From: an uncultured virus (IMG/VR IMGVR_UViG_3300042197_001981)
Taxonomy: Duplodnaviria > Heunggongvirae > Uroviricota > Caudoviricetes
Virus record (IMG/VR): IMGVR_UViG_3300042197_001981
Reading direction: 5' to 3' (one strand)
DNA: 64,000 nucleotides
Notes under the pieces: generated by a model
What the model was told of the DNA's origin: nothing
Databases searched by the model: none
The model's input: only the letters and a program-made list of their open reading frames with translations
Made by a program: the position numbers and the translations under genes
Part shown: positions 19,446 to 28,654 of the stretch, piece by piece
How positions within the stretch are numbered: position 1 is the stretch's first letter
How the letters are laid out: each line of letters starts with the position of its first letter

Positions 19446-19925
19446 TCACAACTTGCACATGTGCTGTGAGCGTAAGTCGAGTAACTGTTCCCGGCTTAGG
19501 GTTGCACGTTCGGTGTAGTACTCGCCGATGTGGATCGTTAGCCGGTAGCGTTCACGGTTCCAACGAAGGTCCGAAAGAATCGGCCTAAGGGCGCCACTAG
19601 CGCACAAGCGAAACGGTTGCCCGAGCGAGTTCACGAAGTAGCCGTCAAAGATTCCCGTGAGTGCCACCATATCGGCGTACTCGTCGAGGTTGGTAGAAGC
19701 GACCGCCCTACACAGGTTGCGCTGGCTCACGTTGACGTACTTGCCGTCGCGGTTCAACAGGCAATAGTGCAGGTGCCCTCGGTTCATAAACGGGTTCACT
19801 TCGGTCTTGCCGGCCGAACGACCCCGACGCGGGGGCTCCGCCCAAGTGGGGGTGCCGTCCAGAGCGAAGTGGTACCGGGGGAATACGTGGAGGTAGTAGT
19901 GGGTGGGTTCGGTGGATGGGTCCAT
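19446..19925 (-). CDS. Hypothetical protein with two NUMOD4-like internal repeats
   Basis: FPRYHFALDG / FDGYFVNSLG repeated pattern; ATG 7 nt after TTGACC-N16-TAGGTT (19933-19960). Confidence 0.5.
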   Translation of the reverse strand: MDPSTEPTHYYLHVFPRYHFALDGTPTWAEPPRRGRSAGKTEVNPFMNRGHLHYCLLNRDGKYVNVSQRNLCRAVASTNLDEYADMVALTGIFDGYFVNSLGQPFRLCASGALRPILSDLRWNRERYRLTIHIGEYYTERATLSREQLLDLRSQHMCKL

Positions 19926-20015
19926 GCGGATCAACCTAGCGTGCAGTTTTCGGAGGTCAAGAAATTATTTCTCGAATTGGCCCTATACTATATTCTTTTT
20001 TCATTAGACCTAGTT

Positions 20016-20090
20016 TTCTGTTGTTGTTGAGGAATTATTTTAGCCCTTTTTGGCCAAAAACACCCATTTAATTCCTCAACAACAACAGAA
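20016..20090. repeat. Perfect 22-bp inverted repeat enclosing a 14-bp palindrome
   Basis: ttctgttgttgttgaggaatta (20016-20037) pairs with taattcctcaacaacaacagaa (20069-20090); tttttggccaaaaa at 20047-20060. Confidence 0.9.
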
Positions 20091-20255
20091 TTTTTTTTCG
20101 TGGGATCTAAGGTAGATGAAATGAGCGATTCGAGGAATAATTTAGTTGAGGGTCAGTTTTGTAGTCTGTTTACCACAACATCGTAACCGGTACCGCTACG
20201 GTGGGACCCCACCCGTTAAACGCGAAAAAGGTGGGACTTTTCTGACAAAACCCCC

Positions 20256-20567
20256 TTATTTGATTTTCAGGGCGGCGCGGAGCTTCCGGTCGACCCGCTC
20301 CCACGCGGGCCAGAAAATGTTGTCGAGCGCACGGGCAACCGGCTCTTGGTCGTACTGTTCTTGCCAACCGGCACCGCCGATGAGCAACGCCGCTTCGACG
20401 ATCTCATGCCGGAGGGTCTCGTAAAATTCACGCGGTTTGCGGAGCAGATCCTTGTTGATCTTAATGGTCATGTCGTCGTAGTGGAACTGCCCATGGTCTT
20501 CGAGCTCGGCCTCGATACGGACTTTGATCTTACGGCCGCCGACTACAATGGATTTTGGAAGGTTCAT
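20256..20567 (-). CDS. Small zincin-like metallopeptidase-fold protein
   Basis: GQF...TIKIN...ETLRHEIVEA (HExxE variant of HExxH). Confidence 0.55.
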   Translation of the reverse strand: MNLPKSIVVGGRKIKVRIEAELEDHGQFHYDDMTIKINKDLLRKPREFYETLRHEIVEAALLIGGAGWQEQYDQEPVARALDNIFWPAWERVDRKLRAALKIK

Positions 20568-21166
20568 TTACGGAAGAACGCAATATCGCTTACTGCCGTC
20601 AGAAAGTCCAGCGTATCGAGCGGGCCCTTGCAGTAGTTGCAGGTTTTGCAGCACGGGACTACGTTGTCTTCGTGATAACCCAGCGTGTTGATCATCCGGT
20701 CGAGCCCCCAGCTATCGTTATCGGCCGGCTGCTTACCGCAGTAAAAGCAGTTTTGCCCGTACAATTCCCACGCTTCGTCCTCTGTCAAGCTAAATTCTAT
20801 GCCGCGTCGGGCACTCTGACTGCGGGTTTTTGCATACCATCGCTTGAACTTGCTGCGCGTATTGACCTTCGTGGCAGCCCGAAACTTGGCCAACGCTTGG
20901 TACGCTGGGTCGTTCATACTTGCTCGGTGCTCCTTGTCCTTGTCAAGCACTTTTTTCGGGCAAGCGTATACGCCACCCCTCGACTTGCGCCGGTAACCAT
21001 AGAACACGAGCCCGTCGGGCAGTACATCACCCTTCCTGAAACGTGCATCAGGATTCGCTAGTAACCAATCCTGAAGCATGGCCCACTGTTCGGGGTCCAG
21101 CCTCCGGCCCCCTACAAAATCGAAACCGGCCTTCCGGTGCGCGTCTACCTTCTGAAGCACGTCCAC
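20564..21166 (-). CDS. HNH endonuclease
   Basis: CFYCG...GLDR..N..GY...NVVPCCKTCNYCKG. Confidence 0.85.
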   Translation of the reverse strand: MDVLQKVDAHRKAGFDFVGGRRLDPEQWAMLQDWLLANPDARFRKGDVLPDGLVFYGYRRKSRGGVYACPKKVLDKDKEHRASMNDPAYQALAKFRAATKVNTRSKFKRWYAKTRSQSARRGIEFSLTEDEAWELYGQNCFYCGKQPADNDSWGLDRMINTLGYHEDNVVPCCKTCNYCKGPLDTLDFLTAVSDIAFFRK

Positions 21167-21810
21167 TTACGGGGCATAACGTGACCCGGCCCGTAAATCA
21201 AGAAAATTTTTTTACAGGGGTGTATATCTATACATACACATACATACAAAAAACACCACCACCCCCCAGTAGCCCCCATCATCGCGTGCGCGTGTGCGCG
21301 TGTCCGTTGGGCTGCGCGTGCGCGTGGGGAGTGGGCTGCGCGTGGGTGCGCGGGGGCGCGGGGCTGGTCGCGTGTTTATTTTTTATTTATTTTGTACTTA
21401 CTATGTGCTTACGTTGAACCCAGCAACCTGTACCCGGTTGCAAGATGCCTGTTTCGGGTTGCAGAAAACCCCAGCAATTACGGGGAAAATCCCCATTACT
21501 TGTGACAACAAACATAATCACGAGTGGCAACCAACGTGCAAATGCAAATGAGTTGCATCAAGGATTGGTGATGCCGGGCGTGGCCGGGCGATGGCCCCGG
21601 ATCCGGGCCGGGCCGGGCGTTCTGCTTGGTCGTCACCCGGTGCTATGTGGTGCTGTGTGCCGTCGTGCGTCGTCGTGTGCCGTCGTGTTCCATGCATCAG
21701 GCAACCTGCACCATGTACCCTGCAACCCGTACCCCGTACCCGGTGCGCTGGATCCGGTGTGCGGTGTACCCGGCGCCATGGATCCGGTTGCCCGTTGCGT
21801 GGTGCAAAAG

Positions 21811-21914
21811 CGGATGACAACTTAATTTGAGAAATTTGCAAAAAAGGTGTTGACCCCAACCAAACCCTATGTTTTAAGTGGCGCGGCGCAACGCCAACCC
21901 AACCCCAACCCAAC
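21811..21914 (+). promoter_or_regulatory. Early promoter/leader, copy 1
   Basis: A-tract plus TTGACC at 21850; near-identical block at 23761-23890. Confidence 0.7.
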
Positions 21915-22214
21915 ATGAAAACAATCACGATCCGAACCACCGAAATCTTCACCCCACGAGTTGACCCCTCCCTTGGTCGCCCATTCACGGGCAACCACCT
22001 CGGGTTCGCGTCGATCATCGAACGCCGCGGGGACTTGGTCACCGAGTCCCACTTGGGGCGGCAGGGATGGGCTAACCGCCCCCTGTTGCGGAAAACAACC
22101 CACTCCATCTCCAACCTCATCGCCGAGGCGGCATCGTTCGCCGCCGAGAACGGCTGGCAATGCGAGGTCATCGACGACCTCCCCGAGGGCGTATGGTACC
22201 CCTCCCCCGCATGA
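21915..22214 (+). CDS. First early protein, hypothetical (99 aa)
   Basis: ATG follows a C/A-rich leader; terminator downstream. Confidence 0.7.
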   Translation: MKTITIRTTEIFTPRVDPSLGRPFTGNHLGFASIIERRGDLVTESHLGRQGWANRPLLRKTTHSISNLIAEAASFAAENGWQCEVIDDLPEGVWYPSPA

Positions 22215-22220
22215 CAACCC

Positions 22221-22258
22221 GCCGGGTTGCGCCAACCGCGCAGCCCGGCTTTTCTTTT
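22221..22258 (+). terminator. Rho-independent terminator
   Basis: 12-bp stem gccgggttgcgc/gcgcagcccggc followed by ttttctttt. Confidence 0.75.
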
Positions 22259-22282
22259 GCCCAACCCCAACCCCAACCTACC

Positions 22283-22633
22283 ATGACCAACCCCACCACC
22301 GCGGTCGACTTGAATGTCGGCCTCGACATCCCCGCCGCCCTTGGTGGCGGCCAGCATCCGGTGGCGGTCGCCCTCGCGGCGGTCGCCGCTCACGTCGGCC
22401 CGGTGCAGTCGTACCGGGTCGCAACGTCCAACACCGAAGTCACGCTTGTGGCCCGGTGCGATGCACCCGGCACCCGCCGCGCCCAACGCCGGGCCGTCCA
22501 CAAGCTCGCCGCCGCCCTGCAGCAGGACTGCGTGGCCGCGGTGCCGGGCTGCGGTGCCGCCCCCTACCTCGCCGGGCCACGCGCCGCAGCATGGGGTAAA
22601 TTCGCGGCCCGGTTCTGGCTCTCTGTCTCCTAA
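22283..22633 (+). CDS. Putative S-adenosylmethionine lyase-like anti-restriction protein (116 aa)
   Basis: LNVGL...TEVTLV...LAAALQQDCVA...LAGPRAAAWGKF pattern; very early gene position. Confidence 0.55.
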   Translation: MTNPTTAVDLNVGLDIPAALGGGQHPVAVALAAVAAHVGPVQSYRVATSNTEVTLVARCDAPGTRRAQRRAVHKLAAALQQDCVAAVPGCGAAPYLAGPRAAAWGKFAARFWLSVS

Positions 22634-22662
22634 CCCCAACCCCAACCCCAAACCGTTAACCC

Positions 22663-23061
22663 ATGAACACGCCCACCCCGCACCGCCCATGCACCGCCCT
22701 CTGCTCTCGCGGGGGGCTGGTGCTTCACTCCGCCGCCCTACGCTCGACGTGCTACACCGGGCCGGAAATCTCGCCCTCCGCTTACCGGGCGGGATTGTAC
22801 TTTGCCGCCGCCCGCCGCGCCGGGGCCGCCGCCCGGGACGCGTGGGTTGAAACCCTCGTCGGCCGGGATGACCTCGAGGCCGCCAACTGCGCCGCGCTCG
22901 CGGCCCGGTTCGGTCGCCGCGGCTGGTCGTTCCGCTTCGATCCGCTGGCTGGATCGTACACCGCGGCCCGGACGTCCGGGCGGCTGACCCTGCGGGTCGC
23001 CGATACCGACCCCACCTTGCTGCACCGCCGCCTGTTGGCCGCGGACGCCGCCACCTGCTGA
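22663..23061 (+). CDS. Early hypothetical protein
   Basis: ATG follows a (CCCCAA)3 leader. Confidence 0.6.
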   Translation: MNTPTPHRPCTALCSRGGLVLHSAALRSTCYTGPEISPSAYRAGLYFAAARRAGAAARDAWVETLVGRDDLEAANCAALAARFGRRGWSFRFDPLAGSYTAARTSGRLTLRVADTDPTLLHRRLLAADAATC

Positions 23062-23089
23062 ACCCTGCAACACCCAACACCCAACACCC

Positions 23090-23758
23090 ATGAACAAGCA
23101 CATTGCAATCAAGACCCCCTCCGGCTGGCGTCAGACCCCGGCACGGCCCCTGTTGTGCGCCGGATCCGGCCCCGGCGTGTTCGCCCTACACCGCGCCCCG
23201 GCCACCCGTGGCTGGCGGGTCACCGCTATCGCTTGCGGCCTCAATGTCGGTCGCGGACGCACCCAAGCCCTCGCCGTGCTGGACGCGGAGCAACGGATCG
23301 CCGCCGCTGGTGGCCTCGCTGCGACCTTGGCAGCCGTGGCTGCGGAACCCACCGCGCCCCCGGCGGCCGGGTTGCCTTTCGCTAGCACCCACAAACCGCT
23401 GCGATCCCCGCAGGAGGGCATCGCCCCCGAAGCGGTGTTGGCCGGGGTGTTGGCCCAATGCCCCGACCTCGACCCGGCGGAGCAGTCCGCCGTGCTGCGT
23501 GCGCTGGCCGGGCAAGGCCGATTCCGCGGTCGCCTGCTGGCCAAGTGCCCAGCCTCCACCGGAGCCACCGCCGATCCGCTGGCCGCGGCCGCGTGGCTCG
23601 GGCTGCAACCCAACCCGTTCAAGGTTTCGGTTTGGCGGTACCTCATTGCCAGCACCGCTGCCAAGACGCTGACCGACAAGCTCACCCGCGCCCCTCGCGG
23701 CTGGCCCGTATGGCTCGACCGGGACGCTGACGCCCTATGCAAGCTCGGCGTATGGTGA
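23090..23758 (+). CDS. Early hypothetical protein (222 aa)
   Basis: ATG follows a CACCCAA repeat leader; ends just before promoter copy 2. Confidence 0.65.
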   Translation: MNKHIAIKTPSGWRQTPARPLLCAGSGPGVFALHRAPATRGWRVTAIACGLNVGRGRTQALAVLDAEQRIAAAGGLAATLAAVAAEPTAPPAAGLPFASTHKPLRSPQEGIAPEAVLAGVLAQCPDLDPAEQSAVLRALAGQGRFRGRLLAKCPASTGATADPLAAAAWLGLQPNPFKVSVWRYLIASTAAKTLTDKLTRAPRGWPVWLDRDADALCKLGVW

Positions 23759-23760
23759 CC

Positions 23761-23890
23761 CGGATGACAACCCAAATTGAAAAATTCCGAAAAAAGTATT
23801 GACCCAAACCAAACCCTATGTTTTAAGGGGCGCGGCGCGAGCCGCCCCCAACCCCAACCCCAACCCCAACCCCAACCCCACCCCACCAAC
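23761..23890 (+). promoter_or_regulatory. Early promoter/leader, copy 2, with (CCCCAA)5 tract
   Basis: Duplicate of 21811-21914; TTGACC at 23799. Confidence 0.7.
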
Positions 23891-24160
23891 ATGAAAATAC
23901 ACATCAGCAAGTACAACGCCGCCGACCGCTTGGTCGGGGTCGGTTTTAGCCCACCCGCCGCCCTTGCAATCGTCGAACACCTCGAACAGCTCGAAGAGTC
24001 GCTCGACTGCGACCTAGACTTCGACGCCGTGGCCATCAGTTGCGAGTGGAAAGAGTACCCCAGCATCGCCGCAGCCGAAGCTGCGGGCCACCGAAACCTT
24101 GAAGACTGGTACACGCTTGTCCTTGAGGACGGCGGCGTGGTAGTCCCTGCCCAAAGCTAA
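23891..24160 (+). CDS. Early acidic protein (MKIHISKY...)
   Basis: FS..A..AIVEHLEQLEE...DFDAVAISCEWKEY pattern resembling small phage early proteins. Confidence 0.65.
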   Translation: MKIHISKYNAADRLVGVGFSPPAALAIVEHLEQLEESLDCDLDFDAVAISCEWKEYPSIAAAEAAGHRNLEDWYTLVLEDGGVVVPAQS

Positions 24161-24180
24161 CCCCAACCCAACCCAACACC

Positions 24181-25221
24181 ATGACAACCACTTGGACTTA
24201 CGAATCGAACGCGGCCCCGTTGCCGCCCGAAGCCCGCCAACTCGTGCGGGCGTGGGCTAACCGCCGCCCCTACCCGATCTCGTGGCTAGTCGAAGGCACC
24301 CGCTTCGTGCGGGTGTCGCTCGAAGCCCCGACCACCCACGAACACAACCGCGCCGTTGGATCGCTTGGGCGGATCCTGACCCGCGCCGCCGACCGCAACT
24401 CCAACCTCCAACACCCATGACAACCGCCCAACTCCCAGACCTCGACTACACCCTCATCGAAGGCGCAGCATGGCTGACCGCTGGGCCTTTTTCGGTACGC
24501 GTCCAGATGCACCCCGCTGACGGGCTGTTGGTCAGCGTGTACCGGGACGGCTACGAGACCAGCCCCGAAATCGTGTCCGCCTTTGCCCCAAACCCCAACC
24601 CAACCCAACCATGACTCCATACGAAACCGCCCGCAGTTGCGCCGACCTTTCGGAGCTACTCGACCACGTCCGCAAAGCCCTTGAATTTGATGAGCCGGGG
24701 TTCGCCTCCGAACTCATCGACGCTTGGGCTTCGCTCCAAATCCCAAACCCAACCCCCAACCATGACCCCGCCGACCCTGCTTGAAATCGTTCAGTCCATC
24801 GGCTGGAGCGACCTGCCGTTCTTCATCGGCCTGTCCATTGCCGCCGTTGGAATCTATGCCACCCTCCGCCACTACGAACCATGAATCTGTACCAATTCGC
24901 CGCCGACCTGCAATGGATTGCAGCGCACGCCGCGCTGTGGGCCATCGGTGCGGCACTCACCCACGACCTACTGCAACGACCATGAAGAACCCCAAGCCCC
25001 TGCAAGACTGGATCGCCGCCAGCCCGAACCGAACCCCGGCCAATACGCTCATCCAAGGCGTGGTACGCCGGGCGGATGGATCCACGGCCTATTACACCTA
25101 CCGCTGGAACCTACGCCCCCGCGACCCGCGGGAGGCCGACATACTCCTCGACCCCGACGGCAACTTACTGACGCCCGCCGAGGCCCACGCTCTACTGCAA
25201 ACCACCAACCTGAACAACTAG
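24181..25221 (+). CDS. Run of small coupled early ORFs (24181-24420, 24417-24614, from 24611, 24762-24884 with a TM helix, from 24881, 24982-25221)
   Basis: Successive ATGA overlaps and C/A-rich leaders. Confidence 0.5.
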
Positions 25222-25234
25222 AAAAACAAAAACA

Positions 25235-25681
25235 ATGCCTAACTGGAACGTAAATAGACTGACTGTTGACCGCATCACTCCAGCCTTCAAAGAATGGCTG
25301 GCGCATGAGGGCGGCTTCTCATTTGAACGCATCGACCCGACACCGCCCGAAATGCTGGAGGACGACAGCTATGCAGATGGCTGGTACAACTGGCGCGTCG
25401 AGCAATGGGGCACGAAGTGGGATGTCGATAACCCACAATACATTGCGGACTCGTTGCTTGCCGGAAAGCAAGCGCACTTCGACACAGCATGGTCGCCGCC
25501 GATTGCTGCGATCGACAAGCTATCGAAGATGTTTCCAGACATCGAGTTCCGCCTCGACTACTACGAAGGCGGAAACTGGTTTGCTGGGTCGGCGATCTAC
25601 TTCGACGGACTCGTCGAGGATATGCAGCTAAACGACAACAACGTCAAGGCGTTCGCTCACGCCGTGTTCGGAGGAGTTTGA
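25235..25681 (+). CDS. YubB/DUF1281-type ferredoxin-like protein
   Basis: MPNW..N, WYNWRxxxWGTKWDV and FDTAWSPP motifs. Confidence 0.8.
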   Translation: MPNWNVNRLTVDRITPAFKEWLAHEGGFSFERIDPTPPEMLEDDSYADGWYNWRVEQWGTKWDVDNPQYIADSLLAGKQAHFDTAWSPPIAAIDKLSKMFPDIEFRLDYYEGGNWFAGSAIYFDGLVEDMQLNDNNVKAFAHAVFGGV

Positions 25682-25737
25682 CGCCGATGAGGAAGAGGAA
25701 ACTGAAGAAACCCGAAACCCCAAACCCCAATCACACC

Positions 25738-25956
25738 ATGAAAATCAACATCACAAACATCCATTGGGCCGACAACACCGACGGCCCGAGCAGCTATGAC
25801 CTCGACCTCGACCCCGACTACGTCGCGGTGCTACGCGAGGACAACCCCGACCTTGAGGAGGTCGAGGTCATCGAGCAGGTCATCTATGAAGACCTCCCGG
25901 TCTTGATCGATGCCCCCCACCACTCGCTGATCTCGTTCGACTTTGCGGTCGCCTGA
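25738..25956 (+). CDS. Very acidic small early protein
   Basis: ATG at 25738; D/E-rich. Confidence 0.6.
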   Translation: MKINITNIHWADNTDGPSSYDLDLDPDYVAVLREDNPDLEEVEVIEQVIYEDLPVLIDAPHHSLISFDFAVA

Positions 25957-26428
25957 AACCTGAAACCTGAAACCCGAAACCTGAAACCATGAAAACCATA
26001 TCACGTGAACAGTTCCACAACCTGCTGGCCGACGCTTACGCGGTCTCCGTGAACGACACACTCTACTTTGTCGGGTACGACAATGAGGATGTGCCGTACA
26101 TATCAGACTCCGATGGCGAAGGGTTCGTATCGTTCGGTAAAGTTGACAAAAACAAAATCTCGGTCACCGACCGCGGTCTGTTTTTCTACATCGACGACGA
26201 GCCGTACTTTGTGAAACTCCTGCAACTCCAACCCCTGAACCCTGAACCCTGAACCCTATGAACATACACGACCAAGTTATCCTGTCTGATGGCACTCTAG
26301 CCATCTTCCTCGGATACCAAGACGACAAGCAGCGTTTTGGATTCTTCCGTGAGGTATCCAACGCCGACACCTTCTTTGGGTGGCGGATGTCCGAAGTAAA
26401 GAAACACTGAAACCTGAAACCTGAAACT
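25954..26428 (+). repeat. Intergenic tandem heptamers TGAA(A/C)CC (5x at 25954-25988, 3x at 26236-26256, 3x at 26408-26428)
   Basis: Read directly. Each array includes the upstream gene's stop codon and ends 0-3 nt before the next ATG. Confidence 0.9.
25989..26252 (+). CDS. Early hypothetical protein
   Basis: ATG immediately after the heptamer array. Confidence 0.65.
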   Translation: MKTISREQFHNLLADAYAVSVNDTLYFVGYDNEDVPYISDSDGEGFVSFGKVDKNKISVTDRGLFFYIDDEPYFVKLLQLQPLNPEP

Positions 26429-26702
26429 ACTATGACAACCATCGAAGACAAAGCATACAAACTTGCGGCTGGCTTCTTCCTGTCGTCGAATCACGACGAC
26501 TGGTCAGGCGCACGAATCCGCGCCGCTGCGTTCGTGAACTTCGCCAACGAGAACCCACCAACGAAATGAAAACAGACCACGTCACTATTGGCCGAAATCC
26601 GGCATTGACCTACGCGGTGCTTTACGGCGTCGCCCTACGAAACCAAAAAGCGGCAAGGCCCGGCTGGCTGCGCCGTTTATTCAACCCCAAACGCAAAACC
26701 AA

Positions 26703-27127
26703 ATGAACGAACCCAAAGTGTACCTTGTGACCTGCACCCTGCAGCTCGAAGTCTGGATCGACGAACCCGAGACCACGCTGGAACATTTCCTCGACCAGCA
26801 GCTTGAACTAACAACCGACGGCCCGGGCTTCCAGATCCCGGAATACACCATCACCGAAGAAACCCACATCGAACTACCGCAATGATCCACACCTACCTAC
26901 AGGCCAAACACCTGCCACCCACCGACCGACTCCCCGCCCGGCTCAAGCTGCACGCCCCGCTGTTGGGGCTGCGGCTGACGCTGCCGTGGAACCACGAACT
27001 ACCGGGCGGATTACCCACCCAAGTCGCCGCGTGGGCCGCGGCTGCGGACATCCCCGTGGTAGCCACAGCCCCGGCCCCGTACGGGCTGGCGGCCATCGTC
27101 GACCAACTACCATCCCGAAACCCATGA
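26703..27127 (+). CDS. Two coupled small early ORFs (26703-26885, 26882-27127)
   Basis: ATGA overlap; protein-like composition. Confidence 0.55.
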
Positions 27128-27459
27128 GCCTCGACCTCCATGACTACTACCGAGACCAACTGCGACGCTACGCAGACCGCCCCGGGCTGGTCGCACATTA
27201 CCGCGCCCAACTCGCCCAACCTTTGCCCGCGCCCCGACGATACCGACGGCCCGACAACCCCGCCGCCCCATGGGCCGCGTTCGTTGCGGAGCCGGAGCCT
27301 CCCGTTCGTGGAGCGGCTAGTCGGTTGGAACCTGCTCGACGCTGCAATCGAACTCATTGAAACCGAACCGGGTGTCCGGTGGGCCGTCCATCAGAACGGC
27401 CAGCCGCTGCCCGACCACGTCGTGACCTACGACCCACAAACCACATACTACACCTACCA

Positions 27460-27984
27460 ATGGACAAAGAACTGATCGAAGATACCAGCAAACTGCTGCA
27501 GGTCGCCAAGCAAATCGGCGGCACCTACTCCGACGACGGCCCCGAGCCGACGCTCCGATTGCCTAGCGGCCGACCGCTGCGGTTCATCCGCGGCTACCGC
27601 AACCGGACAGTCTGGCTCGACTCGGTGTGGCCAGACAACCAGCCGACGCCCGGCCGATGGAGGCTAGTCGAACTCGACCTGCTGCTATCGGTGGAAGAAC
27701 TCACCGCCGTCGTTCAGAAGTACGTCGGTGAGTCCGCAGCCCACTACAACGAGGCGTTGCTAGCGTACCACGAACGGCTCGAACGTGCGTCGCGGGTGGC
27801 GTCTAGCAAACAGGTGCTGGTCGACGCCGGGTGCAAGCCGTGGATCGCCTCCGACCGACCCGGCCGGGTGGAGACCCCCGACGGCGACGGCTACATCGAG
27901 GTCAACGCCGACGAAACTTGTGATCTGGTGCTTTGGCACCTACCTATTGAGAAAGCTGTTGCATTGCTCCGCGCTCTGCAGTAA
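27460..27984 (+). CDS. Early hypothetical protein (MDKELIED...)
   Basis: Internal ATG of ORF 27379..27984. Confidence 0.6.
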   Translation: MDKELIEDTSKLLQVAKQIGGTYSDDGPEPTLRLPSGRPLRFIRGYRNRTVWLDSVWPDNQPTPGRWRLVELDLLLSVEELTAVVQKYVGESAAHYNEALLAYHERLERASRVASSKQVLVDAGCKPWIASDRPGRVETPDGDGYIEVNADETCDLVLWHLPIEKAVALLRALQ

Positions 27985-28048
27985 AATACCCGCCGCCCGG
28001 CCGGGTTTCTTCGCCGGGCAACCCCAAACCAACAACACCAACACAACC

Positions 28049-28273
28049 ATGTACTCACTAGGAGAAATCAGAAAGATGAATGCAATCGCCGAAGCCGATG
28101 CGGCCGCGGCCCGGGCTACAACCTTTTGCCGCCTGTCAAACGGCGGCGTGCTGATCCGGCACGACAACCGGGCGCACGTTCTGGAAGGCACCGAGGCCAC
28201 CGACTACCTCAAGCAGGTTCGCGGCATGACGAATACCAAGTTGAAAGCATACACCGCCAGCCTGCTGGCCTGA
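28049..28273 (+). CDS. Early hypothetical protein (MYSLGEIRKMN...)
   Basis: ATG follows a C/A leader. Confidence 0.6.
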   Translation: MYSLGEIRKMNAIAEADAAAARATTFCRLSNGGVLIRHDNRAHVLEGTEATDYLKQVRGMTNTKLKAYTASLLA

Positions 28274-28363
28274 TACCCCCATGCTTTTGATTTACGCCGC
28301 CTATGTGGTGGCCGCTGTAGGGACAGCAGCTACGCTGTTTCAGCTCGCGGCCAGTATTGTACC

Positions 28364-28654
28364 ATGAAACCCGAACCACTTACCCGGAAACCCCGTCCAG
28401 CCCTGCTCGAAGCTGTGGTCTGGGCGGGGGCCGAACGCCTCGCCGCGAGCCTTCACGCTTCGCCCGACGGGTTCCACTACATTTTTTACCGCAGCCGCGT
28501 CGGCACCCTTCGGTCAGGCCCGGCAGCGGTCGATCCCGAGGTCGCCGCCCGGATCCACGAATGGCTGGCCGACGAGTACGATAGCGACGAGGTTCTCGAC
28601 GCGCTCGACCGCTGGTACGTCAACGAAGTACAGCCGTTAGTCAACCGGGTTTAG
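28364..28654 (+). CDS. Last early hypothetical protein, convergent with the giant gene
   Basis: ORF track; 18-nt overlap of 3' ends. Confidence 0.55.
   Translation: MKPEPLTRKPRPALLEAVVWAGAERLAASLHASPDGFHYIFYRSRVGTLRSGPAAVDPEVAARIHEWLADEYDSDEVLDALDRWYVNEVQPLVNRV

Noticed and set aside
20016..20090. Protelomerase telRL site of a linear plasmid-phage
   Set aside because: No protelomerase, ParA or repressor gene is seen, and the palindrome is interrupted.
23846..23885. Eukaryotic telomere contamination
   Set aside because: The tracts are short, internal and positioned directly before phage start codons.
21518..24114. Long minus-strand ORFs (527 aa and 327 aa)
   Set aside because: These are shadow ORFs of GC-rich plus-strand genes with low-complexity R/G/W composition.
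21811..28050. CRISPR or mini-CRISPR array from the repeated early-region motifs
   Set aside because: The repeats are short tandem leaders separated by whole genes, not constant-length spacers. The Cas4-like gene is a replication-module DUF2800 nuclease.
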